Source of the DNA: Parasitella parasitica NRRL 2501
Lineage: Eukaryota > Fungi > Mucoromycota
Assembly: GCA_025201805.1 (NCBI GenBank)
Contig: MU619308.1
Span: 1-64,000, forward strand
Length of the DNA stretch: 64,000 nucleotides
Direction: 5' to 3'
Both the position numbers and the translations under genes were made by a program. The notes beneath the pieces are model-generated. The model ran no database searches, had not been told where the DNA came from, and worked only from the letters and a program-made list of their open reading frames with translations. Positions 11,137-23,701 of the stretch are shown here, piece after piece (position 1 is the stretch's first letter; the number at the start of each line of letters is the position of its first letter).

Positions 11137-11531
11137 ATGCTCAAGTCATTGGCAAATATTGGTGTTTGTGTAGGTGTTGTTTTTGGAACAGCTGCCACAT
11201 ACATAGGGTAAGGGATACAGGTTGCTGTACGCTATTGACGAGTCCCTTGATAACATCCTGTAAATCAATAGACACAAACAACATCAGCCTTTTAGATACA
11301 CAGCTGCTTCTATTGTAGCACTTATTGGTAAGAATATGAAATAGAGCCAAGGAATCTAGGCTTATTCTTTTCGATGCACTGATAGGTATAAGAGAATTGC
11401 TCTTGAAATCAACATCAAAACCCCATTTGTCTCCACTACAGCACTTGAAAGTCCTGAACTATCAAACACGATCTATTTTCAGCTCTATCTCACCACTTGC
11501 TTCACAAAATGTGCACAGTCGATGTACTTGA
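11137..11531 (+). CDS. Candidate 82-aa small membrane protein (3 exons, not in the ORF track)
   Basis: Exons 11137-11207, 11296-11327 and 11386-11531, with GTAAGG..TTTTAG and GTAAGA..GATAG introns, keep one frame: MLKSLANIGVCVGVVFGTAATYIGYTAASIVALIGIRELLLKSTSKPH...HSRCT*. A pyrimidine-rich leader lies upstream. Confidence 0.5.
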
Positions 11532-11702
11532 AAAAAAAACAGCACGCAATCCAGCTTTTGTATCATACTATACATACATGTTCATACATATACCTCTTTT
11601 GTTTCGACTCAAAATTATATATATTATCATTAAAAAAAAAAAAAAGAATTTTACATGGGAACAGGAAAGAAAGAGTGGTCTAAAAGGCGAATATTACTAT
11701 TA

Positions 11703-13115
11703 TTATTTATTACTATTACTTGTACTACTATTTAATCCTTTATGCTCTTCATCTTCTGCGATACTACTTAGCACAGAGCCAGTGTAGGTGTTATTAGTGC
11801 TTAGATAACTTTTGTGGGGTTCTTCAAACTTCTTTTTTGGATGGAAAATCAAAATGACAGTGGTCCAAATGACAACGCTCAGTATATTGACTAGAGAAAA
11901 AGAAGAAAATCAATTAGCTTTAATCATGCAGTCAAGTGCTTCGTGATACTTGCCATTACAAATGAAAAAATCTGATAAAAATTTATTCTTGTTTATGCGC
12001 TTTTGTCCTGTTAAAGCATCAGTGCAAAGGATGATGAAACACGAAGCAAACAAAAATAGCGCCACTGAGAGCAGTAGATTCAGATCTTGGAAGTAGCGCA
12101 TCTTGTGTGTGATAAATTGACCATCGTCTTTGTCTTTACTCTTGCCGAGCAGCCTCTTGAATCTAAAATGTGAAACGCCACCGAGAATCGAAATGATAAA
12201 CAATTCTACAAGTAGAGTTAGACTAGGCTCGGATGTGCTATTTTCTAGAGTTCTTTCGTACCAATTCCATAAACAAATTGCGGCATAACTTCTTTGTATG
12301 TGGAGTCGTAAAAATCTCTGGAAAAGTTGAATTGTATGATAGGGAACAGGATGATGTTTACAAGGGTCCTGTGTTTGTGTTTATCAAGTCAGCATGGGAT
12401 CAATTCAAGGAACAATCAACCTACATGATAATATAAAACTTGAATTCCTTACTACTCATGAATCGAGCGCCAGCTACAAGCTTGGCGAGGTACTTCCAGA
12501 AGCACTGCAGTAGTAATAAGGTTCCACTATATGCACAGGGTTAATTATCAGTGTTGAAACATTTGAGGCTTTTTAAGGTATTTTACATTTGTAACGAAAA
12601 CCCCACACACAGACTATAATCTATACATAGTGTATAAATAGCTGATGAGTACAAGGCATGGAGACAAGTAGCTTTTAAATGCATATACCTGTTGGTGTGA
12701 TTAGATTTCGATCAGCTTTAGTCCACAGAATATCTGGTTTGGTGACGATGTGTCCTAAAATGCTGACCATGCCTTCGTCGTATTTTACTCTTGTGCTTGC
12801 AATATCTAGCACAAAAAAAAAAAAAAAAGCTTGTCAATAGAGCATTTATCATAGTCAGGTACCTCAACCTTACCATAATACAGTTGAAATGGTATCATGA
12901 ATAGAACAAGCAGCGTAACAATGCTTTTTAATTCACCTCGTCTGAATTTCGAAGGATAAAGGCAATCAAATCCTTGCGTTAAACGTATGCGATGGATAAA
13001 CCAAATATACACATATATCAATCCAACGCCTCTGTCTACACTTTTGATTTAATAACGCATCAAATATTGTTGAATGATACATACGCAAGAAGCTATAATC
13101 ACTTAGATGAGTCAT
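11703..13115 (-). CDS. Uncharacterised multi-pass membrane protein (about 7 TM, multi-exon)
   Basis: Hydrophobic exon segments (RGVGLIYVYIWFIHR; SIVTLLVLFMIPFQLYY; LLLQCFWKYLAKL; LFIISILGGVSH; LLLSVALFLFASCFIILC; SVVIWTTVILIFHP) joined by canonical introns. The ends were inferred by eye. Confidence 0.7.
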
Positions 13116-13868
13116 ATTCGTGTATAGATGTAGACAAAAAGAGTTTATATCTGAAAAGAGAAAAGAAAAATAGTTGTATATCAACTCCTTTTACAATCAA
13201 TATCAAAGAAAGGGGGTAACTGTATGGCTCGGCGAAATGGACTTGGTACTGCATTAAAGCAGTAGTGAAATACGGTAGTAGCGAAACAGGAGCAGCCAAT
13301 AATCTAGCACTTGATATTGATTGTTTTCTGAACAAGTTGCTATGATAACCCTAGGTTACAGCCATTTTGTAAGGAGGCTATGCCAACTCTTTAAAATAAC
13401 GTTACCGTTAACCCACGTCGTTTGCAACCATATTGATTATGAAACGATGTTTTTATCAGTTTGCTCTGACCCACAATGGTCCTAAAGGTGTACTTTATTC
13501 TATACACATTGCATTCGTTATGATGCCTTTTTACTTCATCGCAATGCTCTGTGCTGTTTGTACGACGCACATGAGTATAGTATTATTCTCATGTGCTGTA
13601 TAACAAACAACTCATCACATAGAAGTTATATGTGCTCTGTATATACTAACAAACACTATTCTTGTCTCCAACATTATCATTGATTTGACGTCCTGCTCAT
13701 ACTTGTCCAGATCAAATTTATCAGTGGTAAAAAAAAATATATATAGCGTATATATTTATGCTATACGTTTTAAGAAACATGCTCTTTTTATCCCATAATA
13801 TAACGTATTGCATTGACATCTATATGCTGTTGTTTATGCGTTCATAAAAGAATGTGCATTAGCATTCG

Positions 13869-13917
<49 letters not shown>
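13869..13917. repeat. Long poly(A) tract
   Basis: About 49 consecutive A. Confidence 0.9.
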
Positions 13918-13918
<1 letters not shown>

Positions 13919-14980
13919 CCGTTCCCCAGTGAAACTTTAAAAAAAAACTTGGAGTTGTAACGAATATGGAAAAGATGTAAACAGACGCGATAGAGCCACA
14001 TGATTATTGATCAATGACCTCAAGTTCCAACGTTTTAATAGCAGTTTAGTAAATATACAGCGCATTTCCTCAGCTTCTTGTCCATCGAATCCAGCCCCTG
14101 AATCTAACAGTGTCCTTTTGTACTACTTAAATGCAGTTTTATAGAAACCGATATGGAAAGTCGATGTAGATCAACCAGGAGAAAGGGGAAAAGTGCAGAT
14201 ACATACTATAAAGAATCCAAAAGCGCGATTTGACATGATTAAGATATGAAATTCGAGAAAAAACTAGAGTTTCTGTAAGCAAACCAAACGGATACTTGAC
14301 TCTACATACTTTTGATGCTCGGAACATTCAAAAAAATACTTGCGTTGGTATTGTTGAGATGCTCCTGCTTTTTTTGAAATTAAAACACGATCTTGCCTAG
14401 ACGAATATTTTCATTATCATGTTTTAAAATCCAAAATAATCTCATTTTTAAGATATAGACGACTTGAAGCGCTTTTTTGTTCTTGAGTGCTTAATGTTGT
14501 CAAATTCAAAACATCACTTGGATTGTTAGAACTATTTAAAGCATAACTTTACATTCTATCTTATATCTTAATTTGTGTGCCTGAAACTTGAGATAAAATC
14601 CTTTTACTTTAAAAAAAAGTTTATAGTGCAAACCTTGTGTGTTAATATACAATTTATAGTTTGACACTATTGAATAATGCAAGTAAAACATGGCGATATT
14701 GCATGGCTATAAGTTATTCCTGCATTGCTGCGCGCTATAATCAATTCCCTTTCTCTTGTCAAGGGTTGAGAGGGGGTCGCACTGATTGAAATATTAACAT
14801 AGTTTCCAGACGTGTAATGCTTACTTGACCGATGTGTGAAAAACCAATTGATTGTGCTGCATTACATATGGCTAGATTAATACAAACATTGCCTTACAGT
14901 TTTAGCCATGAAATGATTTAGTTTATTAAAATGCATTGAATTCATATGCGAATTGAAATGAAAGCTTATAATGTTTTTAG

Positions 14981-17118
14981 CTAGTTTTTGGCCTTGGATT
15001 GATTTTTCTTATAATGGGCTTTGATGATATCAGCAGCCTTCTCGGCGATGCCATAAGTGGGCTGCATTAAATGAGAAGAAACTTCAAGGGGCATGATGGA
15101 GGCATCGACAACACGCAGGTTAGAAGTACCATAAACCATTAGAGCAGGGCTTACAACACCACCCAAATTTTTAGGAAGCATGGCGCAAGTACCAACGGGA
15201 TGCCAGTCAGAACGAACATTGTTTGCCAACCAATTTCTAAGATCTTCTTCAGAGGTGACGTTAGTACCAGGTTCGACCTCACCGCTGTTAAGATCGCCAA
15301 GACCAGGAGAAGCAGTGATGATATCACGAGCAAGTTTAGTTGAAGCGACATGAACATCAATATCCATAGGATGAGAGTAGTATTGAGGGTTGATGACGGA
15401 GGGTTCCTCGATGTCGGAGGAGTTGATGTGTGTGTAACCACGGCTCAAAGGAGCAATCAGGACATGGTTGACGGTTTGGTACTTTGTGTTGTTCAAATCA
15501 ACGCTGCCTACACCACCATAGCCAGGAGTAAGGTTGATTTCGATGGGGGACAAGTAGTTTTCTTCGTAACGAGATGCAACAATGGCATATTGCTTCTTCA
15601 ACAGCTCCGCATTAGTAGCATTAGTGGAGGCATAGTAGTTTGCATATTTGTCAGTAGAATTACGAATCTTGTCAGCAAAGTCCTTTCCAGAAACAAACTC
15701 TGTGCCATTGAAAAGTTGCTCAGGAGTGGGATAACCCAAGTTATTGGGGGTAGTAGTCCAAATTCCAGTCTTGTTGGATTCATAAAGCTCTCTTTCTTCC
15801 TGAGCAAGAGTTTCATTGACAAAGACGCTGTTGGTTGTGTATCCAGTGATGTTGGTGGTTGAGACAGTAACAGCATGCACGTGGTCTTGCATGTTGGATC
15901 CAACACCTGGCAAATCGATCAAAGATTGGACACCGGCGGCAGACACGATGTCCTTGTTGCCAATACCAGAGACTTCCAAAAGCTTGGGGCTACCGATAGC
16001 GCCCGAGGAAAGAATGACTTCGTAGCGGGCTTTGATGGTCTGCTTTTGGCTCTTGTTACCAGTGGGATACCATTCAACACCAGTGGCCTTGACAGGTTCA
16101 CTACCATTTTTCTGGGCAAACTGAATGCGGGAGACGGTATGATTAGCTAAGACAGCAAGGTTGCTACGGCTGGTATAAGGAGCAATATAACCAGCATATG
16201 AATCAACACGCTGAACAGTCTCAGGGTTCAGAATGTTGGGTGTAGTAGAGTATCCAGCCAAGGTTCCGTTCAAGAGATCGGGCAGAGCAGTAAAATTAAG
16301 GGTTTCAAGAGATGCGTTCCAACTAGCAGATTGAGGAAACTCGTAGTTAGTGAAGGATATGTCGATGGGTCCGTTCTTGCCATGGGCACTCTTTTGGTAG
16401 GTGGCACCGTACGCAACTTGAGCAGGAGTAGGAGGAGTAAAGTTTTCAACCTTTTTAAAGTATTTGAACAAGTTGGTACCATTCCATCCAGGGTTACCGA
16501 GCTCTTCCCAAGCATCGTAGTCCTTTAAACCACCACGGGTCTTTTAGAATAATACACATGTTAGAAGGCACAAGCCTGACATTTCGTTTTTTTTACGCAC
16601 TGATGAGAAGACTTACCCAAACTAAACCATTGACAGCACTACCACCGCCGAGCAGTCTACCAGTTGCAATTGAAAGACTTCTGTTACCCATGCTTTCTTG
16701 AGGAGTAGTAGGAACAAGAGGACAGAGATCGGTGCCAACAGCTTGTCCATACCTGTTTAATAGTAATGCAAGCTGAATCAGAAAAGGTTACTTGAGATTT
16801 CCGTGTAGTACACTTACATGCCAGGAGCATAAACGACAAATTGATCGTTGGCATTAGGACCGGACTCAAGGACAGCTACAGTAACATCCTTGTTTTCAGA
16901 GAGACGATTAGCTAAAGCCAACCCTATATGCACAAAGGTATACATATATGTTAGAGATAATGATCAAGATGAAGCAACACATTGCGACATTTACCAGCAA
17001 CGCCACCGCCAATAATAACGTAATCATACGTATCAGTAGAAGAATTGGTGTTTTGTTGTGCAGAAGCAAAAGAAGCGAATGCTGTGATAACAGTGAAAAT
17101 GGAAGCAGTAATCTTCAT
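14981..17118 (-). CDS. Secreted FAD-dependent glucose dehydrogenase (GMC oxidoreductase, AA3), 4 exons
   Basis: Signal peptide MKITASIFTVITAFASFASA. FAD motif YDYVIIGGGVAG; GRLLGGGSAVNG; DLPGVGSNMQDH; catalytic His pair in SDWHPVGTCAM and SSHLMQPTYGIAEKAAD. From memory it closely resembles characterised Mucor FAD-GDHs. Confidence 0.92.
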
Positions 17119-19667
17119 TTCAATTTTTCATGTAGAATGAAGGGTCAATGGTTGACATTTGCGTTATTTTTATATATGTCAATTTAAGCTTCAGATTTTA
17201 TTTAAGCCATATCGAGGGGTTTCAGTAGACTTGCAGATTTGTAAAATATTGGTAATATCGCTTATCGACGCACGTTTTTGAGACTTTCATATTATTAATG
17301 ATTCTGCTGGACCCTTTGTTATCTGATCGCCTTTTTAAAGCACTCTCGCTGCTATTTGACATCTTGCAATGGATTTCAAAACGTCCGATTGGAGATCTCA
17401 TTACCTTTATTGACCTATTCTGTTATATGCATGTAAACCATTATTACATGTATCATCGTCATGCTTTTTTTTTTCATAGTATATCTAAGAGAAGGCAATA
17501 ATGCTCTATATGGATCTGATCATTTTTACGGTTAAAAAAAAAAAGCTTACAGATTGCTGACAAATTAATTGTTGAATTCCCAGAAATGACAGAAAATAAT
17601 GTCATTGCTTTTTCAGGAAAAAAAAAAAAAAAGAATTGTTATCAATGCAAGTCGATCAGGACTTACACTCATACAATATATTATCTCTTGGTCATGCTTA
17701 ATGGTAAATAAATGAGATAAAAAGGAAGAAGAGGGTGTTATGTAACTCGCAACGCAGTGTTTCAGATTGGACGTTCATTCAAATCAATGTCTCAGAAATT
17801 GACATATCAATACATATCTTAGCTTATGCATTGGGCCGAATTTCGCTCCTAAAATGAATGATGTGTAATGTCCGTTATGAGTGTAAACAACGTATATTAT
17901 TTGCCTTGAAAGTCTCCCTTTTCAAGGTTTTCTTGAACAGAAAAGTGCGCACAGCGTCGTTGCGTCAATGAGCAGTGTATGTAAAAGTAGTGGGTCTGAC
18001 CATCAGAATGGATTTTACAACTTGGTCTCGTAACTGCAAAAGTGCAGAAGTTTATTTGTCAACAGGATAAACCTGAGTTAATATGAAAGAGATGAAAAGA
18101 GATGATACATATGGCCTAGCAAAGCTGGCAATATTGATTATTGTTACAGGATCATATGTGGTGGTGTTTTCATCTTGACCTGGGAGGTAGGCTTCTATAT
18201 ATGTGTATATTTTTGAAGCTTAGTCGATTCTCTTTCTATCAACTTTTACTTTATGAAATGGTCTTGGTCAAGAGATAAATGGTTCAACAGCAGAAAGTTC
18301 AACAGGCTTTCAAGTATTTTCTTGAGAATGGTATTGTTGGATGATATGACATGAAGATTCATGTAATTTCTGTTGACGAGCTATTTTGTATAACGTGCGA
18401 AGACAAATTTTGAGATGGGCTGGCTTCAATGTAGGATTTAGAAAATAATAGTTCATAGTGAGCATTGAATCCATCGGCCTCAAGACAGGTTGTGTCTAAT
18501 GGCTTTGGTAGAATGACATCTTCCGCTAAATATTCTTCTGGCAACTTAGATGCAATGTTGTTTCCGTTGTCGTCGACAAGTTCAGAGTTACCAACATTTG
18601 ATTTAAATATATATATATATATATATTCAATTAACAGTAGAATGATTTTGTGAACCTGCTTGCTGAAATCAGAGGTGTATCATGGATATTTTCCACCTGG
18701 CCACCGTTTAGTAACTTTAGCTCGAGGCAGATGCAATTTATAAAGACAGTTAGATATATATGAAATGTAGTCAAGTAATCTTTCGTGGAGTCCATACTTA
18801 TGAAAATTTTCTGAACAATAATGTCAAAGACTTGATTTCATTTAAACAAATTTGATACCTCAAAAGCAGAGTTTCATCCCTCCTTCCGTGCTTCCTTCCT
18901 TGAACAAATGAAAACTAGATGGCAAGTGAATAGACGTTCAAGATAAATGATTAAACGACGGGAACGCACAAGAAATTATTTACCAGACAGGTGGTTATTT
19001 TATTATTTGTGAGTACTTATAATTAAATGGTTCATCGAGCATTGGAAAATGGTCAGTTCAGTATGTTTGAACTTTTCAAACTTGCTCCACTCCTTGCGAA
19101 ACAACAAGAGACATTCTATCCGTCAAGTATCATAATCACAAATCAAGTAGAAGCTTATAGTTATGTTTTTTTAAGCAACTAAACATTGCAAGGGAAAAGT
19201 GATGGCGTTGAGCGATGGGCGTCATTTCATCCAAAATGTTCGGTATAGGCTTAAAGGCGGGTCATTGATTTCAACAAACTTCGGCGTTTTATTTGTCTTT
19301 GATCTCAAGAATAGTTGGAGCCTAGCACGCAGTTAGGTTTTTGGTTAATGTTATGGGTGTTGGATTTTTTGCACGCTCGACGGCAATAGTAATAGAGTCA
19401 TTCCATAAAAATAGCTCGCATCATCTGTTTTATTTTCTTTGATGTAGTCGATGTTGGAGGCGCATGTCATTTTGCCCATTTTTCCATTGCTTTTTTTTTT
19501 ACTTTAGCTTGATGATGGAAAGTTAAAGAAGATTTTAAGCATGCAATATGCGTCATCGCAACATAATTTAATGGCCGTAAAACGAGAGGCTATAAAAATC
19601 ACACACGCGTCAACGGAACAGACTTCTTTTTTCTACATTTCTTGAACAAACTATCTTTTCTTCAACG

Positions 19668-20337
19668 ATGCCTCTCCATCCAACTGTCCTTTGGGCTCAA
19701 AGAGCCGATGTCGTTTACTTGACTGTCGAAATCTCGGACATCAAGGTAAGTTTGTTGTGTCTTTATGTTGCTGCTATGGGAACATCTTTGTTGTATTGGA
19801 TACTTAAAGCCAGCGTAGAAGCATACGGTCGACTTGACTGAAAAAAAGCTTACCTTCAAGGGAACTGGCGAAAAAGAACAGAACGAATATGAAGTCGAGA
19901 TTGAGTTCTATAATGATGTTGATGTTCAGGTAGGTTTTGTACGCTTAAACAAAACAGGAGATTTTTCCATTGACGACTATCGCTAGAAATCCAAACAACA
20001 TTTGACACCCCGTAACTTAACAATGGCCATTTATAAAAAGGAGGAAGCTTGGTGGCCTAAGCTTCAAAGTGGAGGCAAACTCAATTTTTTAAAGGTTGAT
20101 TTCCAGAAATGGATAGATGAAGATGACGAGGAAGAGGAGGGCCCAGCAAATGATCCTATGGGCGGCTTAGACTTCCAAAGTTTGATGCAACAAGCTGGTG
20201 GTGGAATGCCAAACATGGATAATTTGGTAAGCTTTTCATAATGTCTTTTTATGTATGCCCTAATATTGACATTTGTTATTGTGCAGCCTGAAGGAGATAA
20301 CAGCAGCGACGAGGAAGAAGAGTCAAAAAAGGACTAG
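19668..20337 (+). CDS. SBA1: Hsp90 co-chaperone p23 (Sba1/Wos2), 4 exons
   Basis: MPLHPTVLWAQRADVVYLTVEISD; WWPKLQ...NFLKVDFQKWIDEDDEEE; acidic tail. Confidence 0.95.
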
Positions 20338-20664
20338 AAAACTTCCTTCATTTTTGCGAAATTGTAGATCAAGATAATAAACTAAATGTATCTTTTGTAG
20401 CATGCCTAATTGGTATGATTTTTTGCTCGTATTTATTTAATGGGTCGTTTTATTCTGCAAGGCGAGCATCTTGTGGCAATATTCTGAACCGCGTATTATG
20501 TTATATCCTCTTCTATTGTAAGATGATGAATACCGGTAACAAGTAGCACAAAGATTTGCATGTCGTTATCTAAATGCGGATATTTTAAACTCGTTTCATT
20601 AAGGAAATGCGGAGCTAAACATTAAGTGTTGGTAAACTTATTTTGTTTAAACTGAATGATGTGA

Positions 20665-20694
20665 GTGTGTGTGTGTGTGTGTGTGTGCGTGTGT
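20665..20694. repeat. Imperfect (GT)n microsatellite in the HMG-gene promoter
   Basis: Direct read. Confidence 0.9.
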
Positions 20695-20838
20695 TATCGA
20701 CTCGGATGATCAAGGACTTTCCTCCCTTTTGACTGTCTTCCCATGAACACCACATTATCTTTTTGGGAGCAATCGAATGAAACAACAAGTTTTTCTCTTT
20801 TTCCTTTTTTTCCCTTCTTTCCAGTTTACGCTTCAAAC

Positions 20839-22086
20839 ATGGCAGAAGGTTTGTATACACTTGTTGGCTTTCTTACCATGTTCAACTAATGATTTGAAAC
20901 AGAAATCAAGCAAAGACACAAAATAGACGAATTGAAAAAGCGTTTCAGACAAGTCGAAGGGGTAAGCTAATAAATAACAGCTCGAAATCATTCAAAATAT
21001 TCATACACATACGTTGTTGTTAGGAGAATGATCTGCTTCAAGAAAAATTACATCGAGCACAGAAGAGCATCAAGAGACTTCGACTGGAAAGAAGGTACAT
21101 ACAGAATATCATGTCATTGAATGCGTCTGTAGACTACATTCACTAACATTAAGGCAAGTATTTTATTGGAAAGAATAGACAAAGGTTTCGACAACGGCAG
21201 TGAGTCTGACACAAGCTCTGATATATTCTTGCACAATGACTTGATAGCAGACAGCAGCAAGGTAAGCCGTTATTTCATGTATTCTAAACGTGTGCTCACA
21301 CCGGCACGCAATGCGCTAGCCACCAGCAAACCGCCATCATCATAAAAACTACAAACAAACCGAGAAAAACAACACTGTAACAGCAGTAATTAAACCGCCA
21401 AAAAAGAAGAAAGATCCAAACGCACCAAAAGGACCGGGAAACGTATTTTTTCTATTCTGTCGTCAAGAGCGTGACAAGGTCAAGGAAGAATTCCCTGAAG
21501 AAAGTATCGGCGACGTTACTAAACTTTTAGGCCACAAATGGAAAGGGTTGACCAAAGAAGAAAAGCTGGTCAGTTTTATGAATCCGAAAGAATATGATGA
21601 ACATGACTAAACCTTAATCTGCAGGTCTATCATGATATGTTCAAGAGAGAAATGGATGAATATGAAGAAGCAATGAAAACATACAAGAGTAACGGCGGCG
21701 GTGGTATGTTGCCTTTGGAAGGAAATCCTGCAGAAGAGTTGACAACTGCAGAGTCATTAATATCATCACCTGTGTCTATCAATAATGATATCACCATGCA
21801 ACAGCAACAACAACCACCTCGAGATGACTATCGTCGAAACGAAAGTTTGTATGACCACCATTTCCAAGCCAAATATGTGACAGACCATCACCAGCCATTG
21901 TACGAATCACAACCTGATTATATGTCAAAAAATCAAGAAACTCATTTGGTCCAGCAGCATCAGCATCACCACAATCACCTAATGCAACAGCAACCGCTTC
22001 AATCAACATTCTCACTAGATAACAACAACGCTTTCGAGAAACCTGTTATAACGAATCCTCCTTCTGCTCCATATGATCATTTTTAA
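20839..22086 (+). CDS. HMG-box protein with INO80-type N-terminal coiled coil (Nhp10-like)
   Basis: [43 protein letters not shown] box [30 protein letters not shown]...[19 protein letters not shown]-rich tail. Confidence 0.8.
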
Positions 22087-23460
22087 TACTTTTTTTTTCC
22101 TTCTTCTTCTTCTTCCTTTATTTGTATCTACTATCGCCTCTCTTTCGAATATCATCGAAATAAACATTGAAAATTGTACGAAAAATCTTTTATTAGCCTG
22201 GGGATTCATCAGGGTAAGCTAACAAATCTAGTAATCTCCTGAATACAAATTGGCTGATAATATCTTGGGCTGTTTGGCCGACCTGTAAGAAAATACTGCA
22301 GGGTTTTTCATAATGGTTCATTCTGCAATGCATGTAACAATGGTGAGGAAGTGCTTTTGCAGCATAAACAATAAATTTAACTTTCCGCATTGTTATCCCT
22401 TGAGTGTATAAACTTAGTAACAACAGTTAATATACTATTAATATTGACTTGTTCTCCAATTTCATTCAGTAGAGCACTTGGTTAAACTTAATACCAAGCA
22501 AAACAATGAAAAACTCAAGTCTCAATAACGTTCTACAAATCTAGCTATGGATATATACAGGCACAACAACAAATACTTTGTATGCACAGCAATCACATTA
22601 GTGCTACAGCATCAGATGAGTTGATCCACAATGGACGAGGAAGTCTTAAACGGCTATGTTCAAGACCAAACTTGGTAATATTCCAGACACACATTACACA
22701 ACTGTATTCGAGCCAAATGCCAGCACGATAAGAAGGAAAGTAGATGTTGTCTGAGATGCTTGAAAGAAAACTGTGCTGTAAAAAAATATGCGAGGTCTCA
22801 AAAAGAAAATCAATAATCCTTGCAAAGAGTCGGTCAATTATCTCGATTAGTTGATGTAAGATATCCTAAAATGTAAAAAATACTGCATTCAGCTGTTAAT
22901 TTATACTTGGGTTCTACTTGTTTGCACTTAAAAGATAGTTTGTTCATCATAAGCTATAAATTTCATCTCAATAGAGTACGTAAGCATGTATTACTTGGTA
23001 AATAATATAAATATGGCAGGCAGAACAGTCTTTTGCAGCTCGATTTGTAAAATCCTACCAAAGATAAAATTTACCCTGAATTGAAATAAATAAGCGTTGA
23101 TTCACAAGAAAAGAAAAGCTATATTTATGGAATCAATCTGTCTAAAATCTCGCTTACTGCATTTTATATACTATTTGATCTTAAACAATGGTGTGAGGAT
23201 GATCGGTGGTAAAATCAAAGTCAAAGGTCGTGTCATGTTCATTATATCAACAAACTAATATTATATTATGGTATAATCTGATTATGGTGTTTTGCTCCAG
23301 AGGTAAAATTTCTAATAAATTGGACATCTGGTTATAGAATTGTTGAATATTCCATGCATGTGGTTATGCAATCCGTTCAATAAGGCAAACTTTTGAAGAC
23401 TCGAGAATTTTTTTTAAACTATTCTGGAGATTCCCCTTTATACGACAACGACGAAAGAAT

Positions 23461-23701
23461 AGAGGCAGTGTGAACGAATAGAGCATAAAAGTTTGGTGGT
23501 TTATGGGCTTGATTGACGTAAGATATGGCAATTAATGTGCTTTGTTACCCTCGAACCCACTCAAAATCACAGCTTTTACTAATTACTCTGGATTGAGACA
23601 TCGCACTAATATGAAACTGTACAGAGGAGTAGAGGTAACGTAGGCAAGTACTGCATACAAAGTTGGTGGTATATGGACTTGACTTACGTAAGGTATGGCA
23701 A
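23461..23701 (+). repeat. Diverged direct repeat (about 70 bp, period 170 bp)
   Basis: 23483-23531 and 23653-23701 align without gaps at 41/49 identities (gcata..ttggtggt.tatgg.cttga..acgtaag.tatggcaa). Confidence 0.8.

Noticed and set aside
13345-13360. Telomere-like AACCCTA/TTAGGG hexamers upstream of several genes (also near 26427, 45464, 53763, 58533)
   Set aside because: Single short copies are expected by chance in 64 kb. There is no tandem array, and enrichment cannot be shown here.
15151-16528. Multiple overlapping and antisense ORFs across GDH (similarly at 1710-2287, 43000-43618, 57047-57999)
   Set aside because: These are shadows of biased codon usage or low-complexity sequence in real genes, with no independent motifs.
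20839-22086. HMG-box gene as the Mucorales mating-type gene sexP/sexM
   Set aside because: It has an HMGB/Nhp10-type box (KKDPNAPK) with an INO80-like coiled coil and several introns, and it is not flanked by the triose-phosphate transporter and RNA helicase genes.
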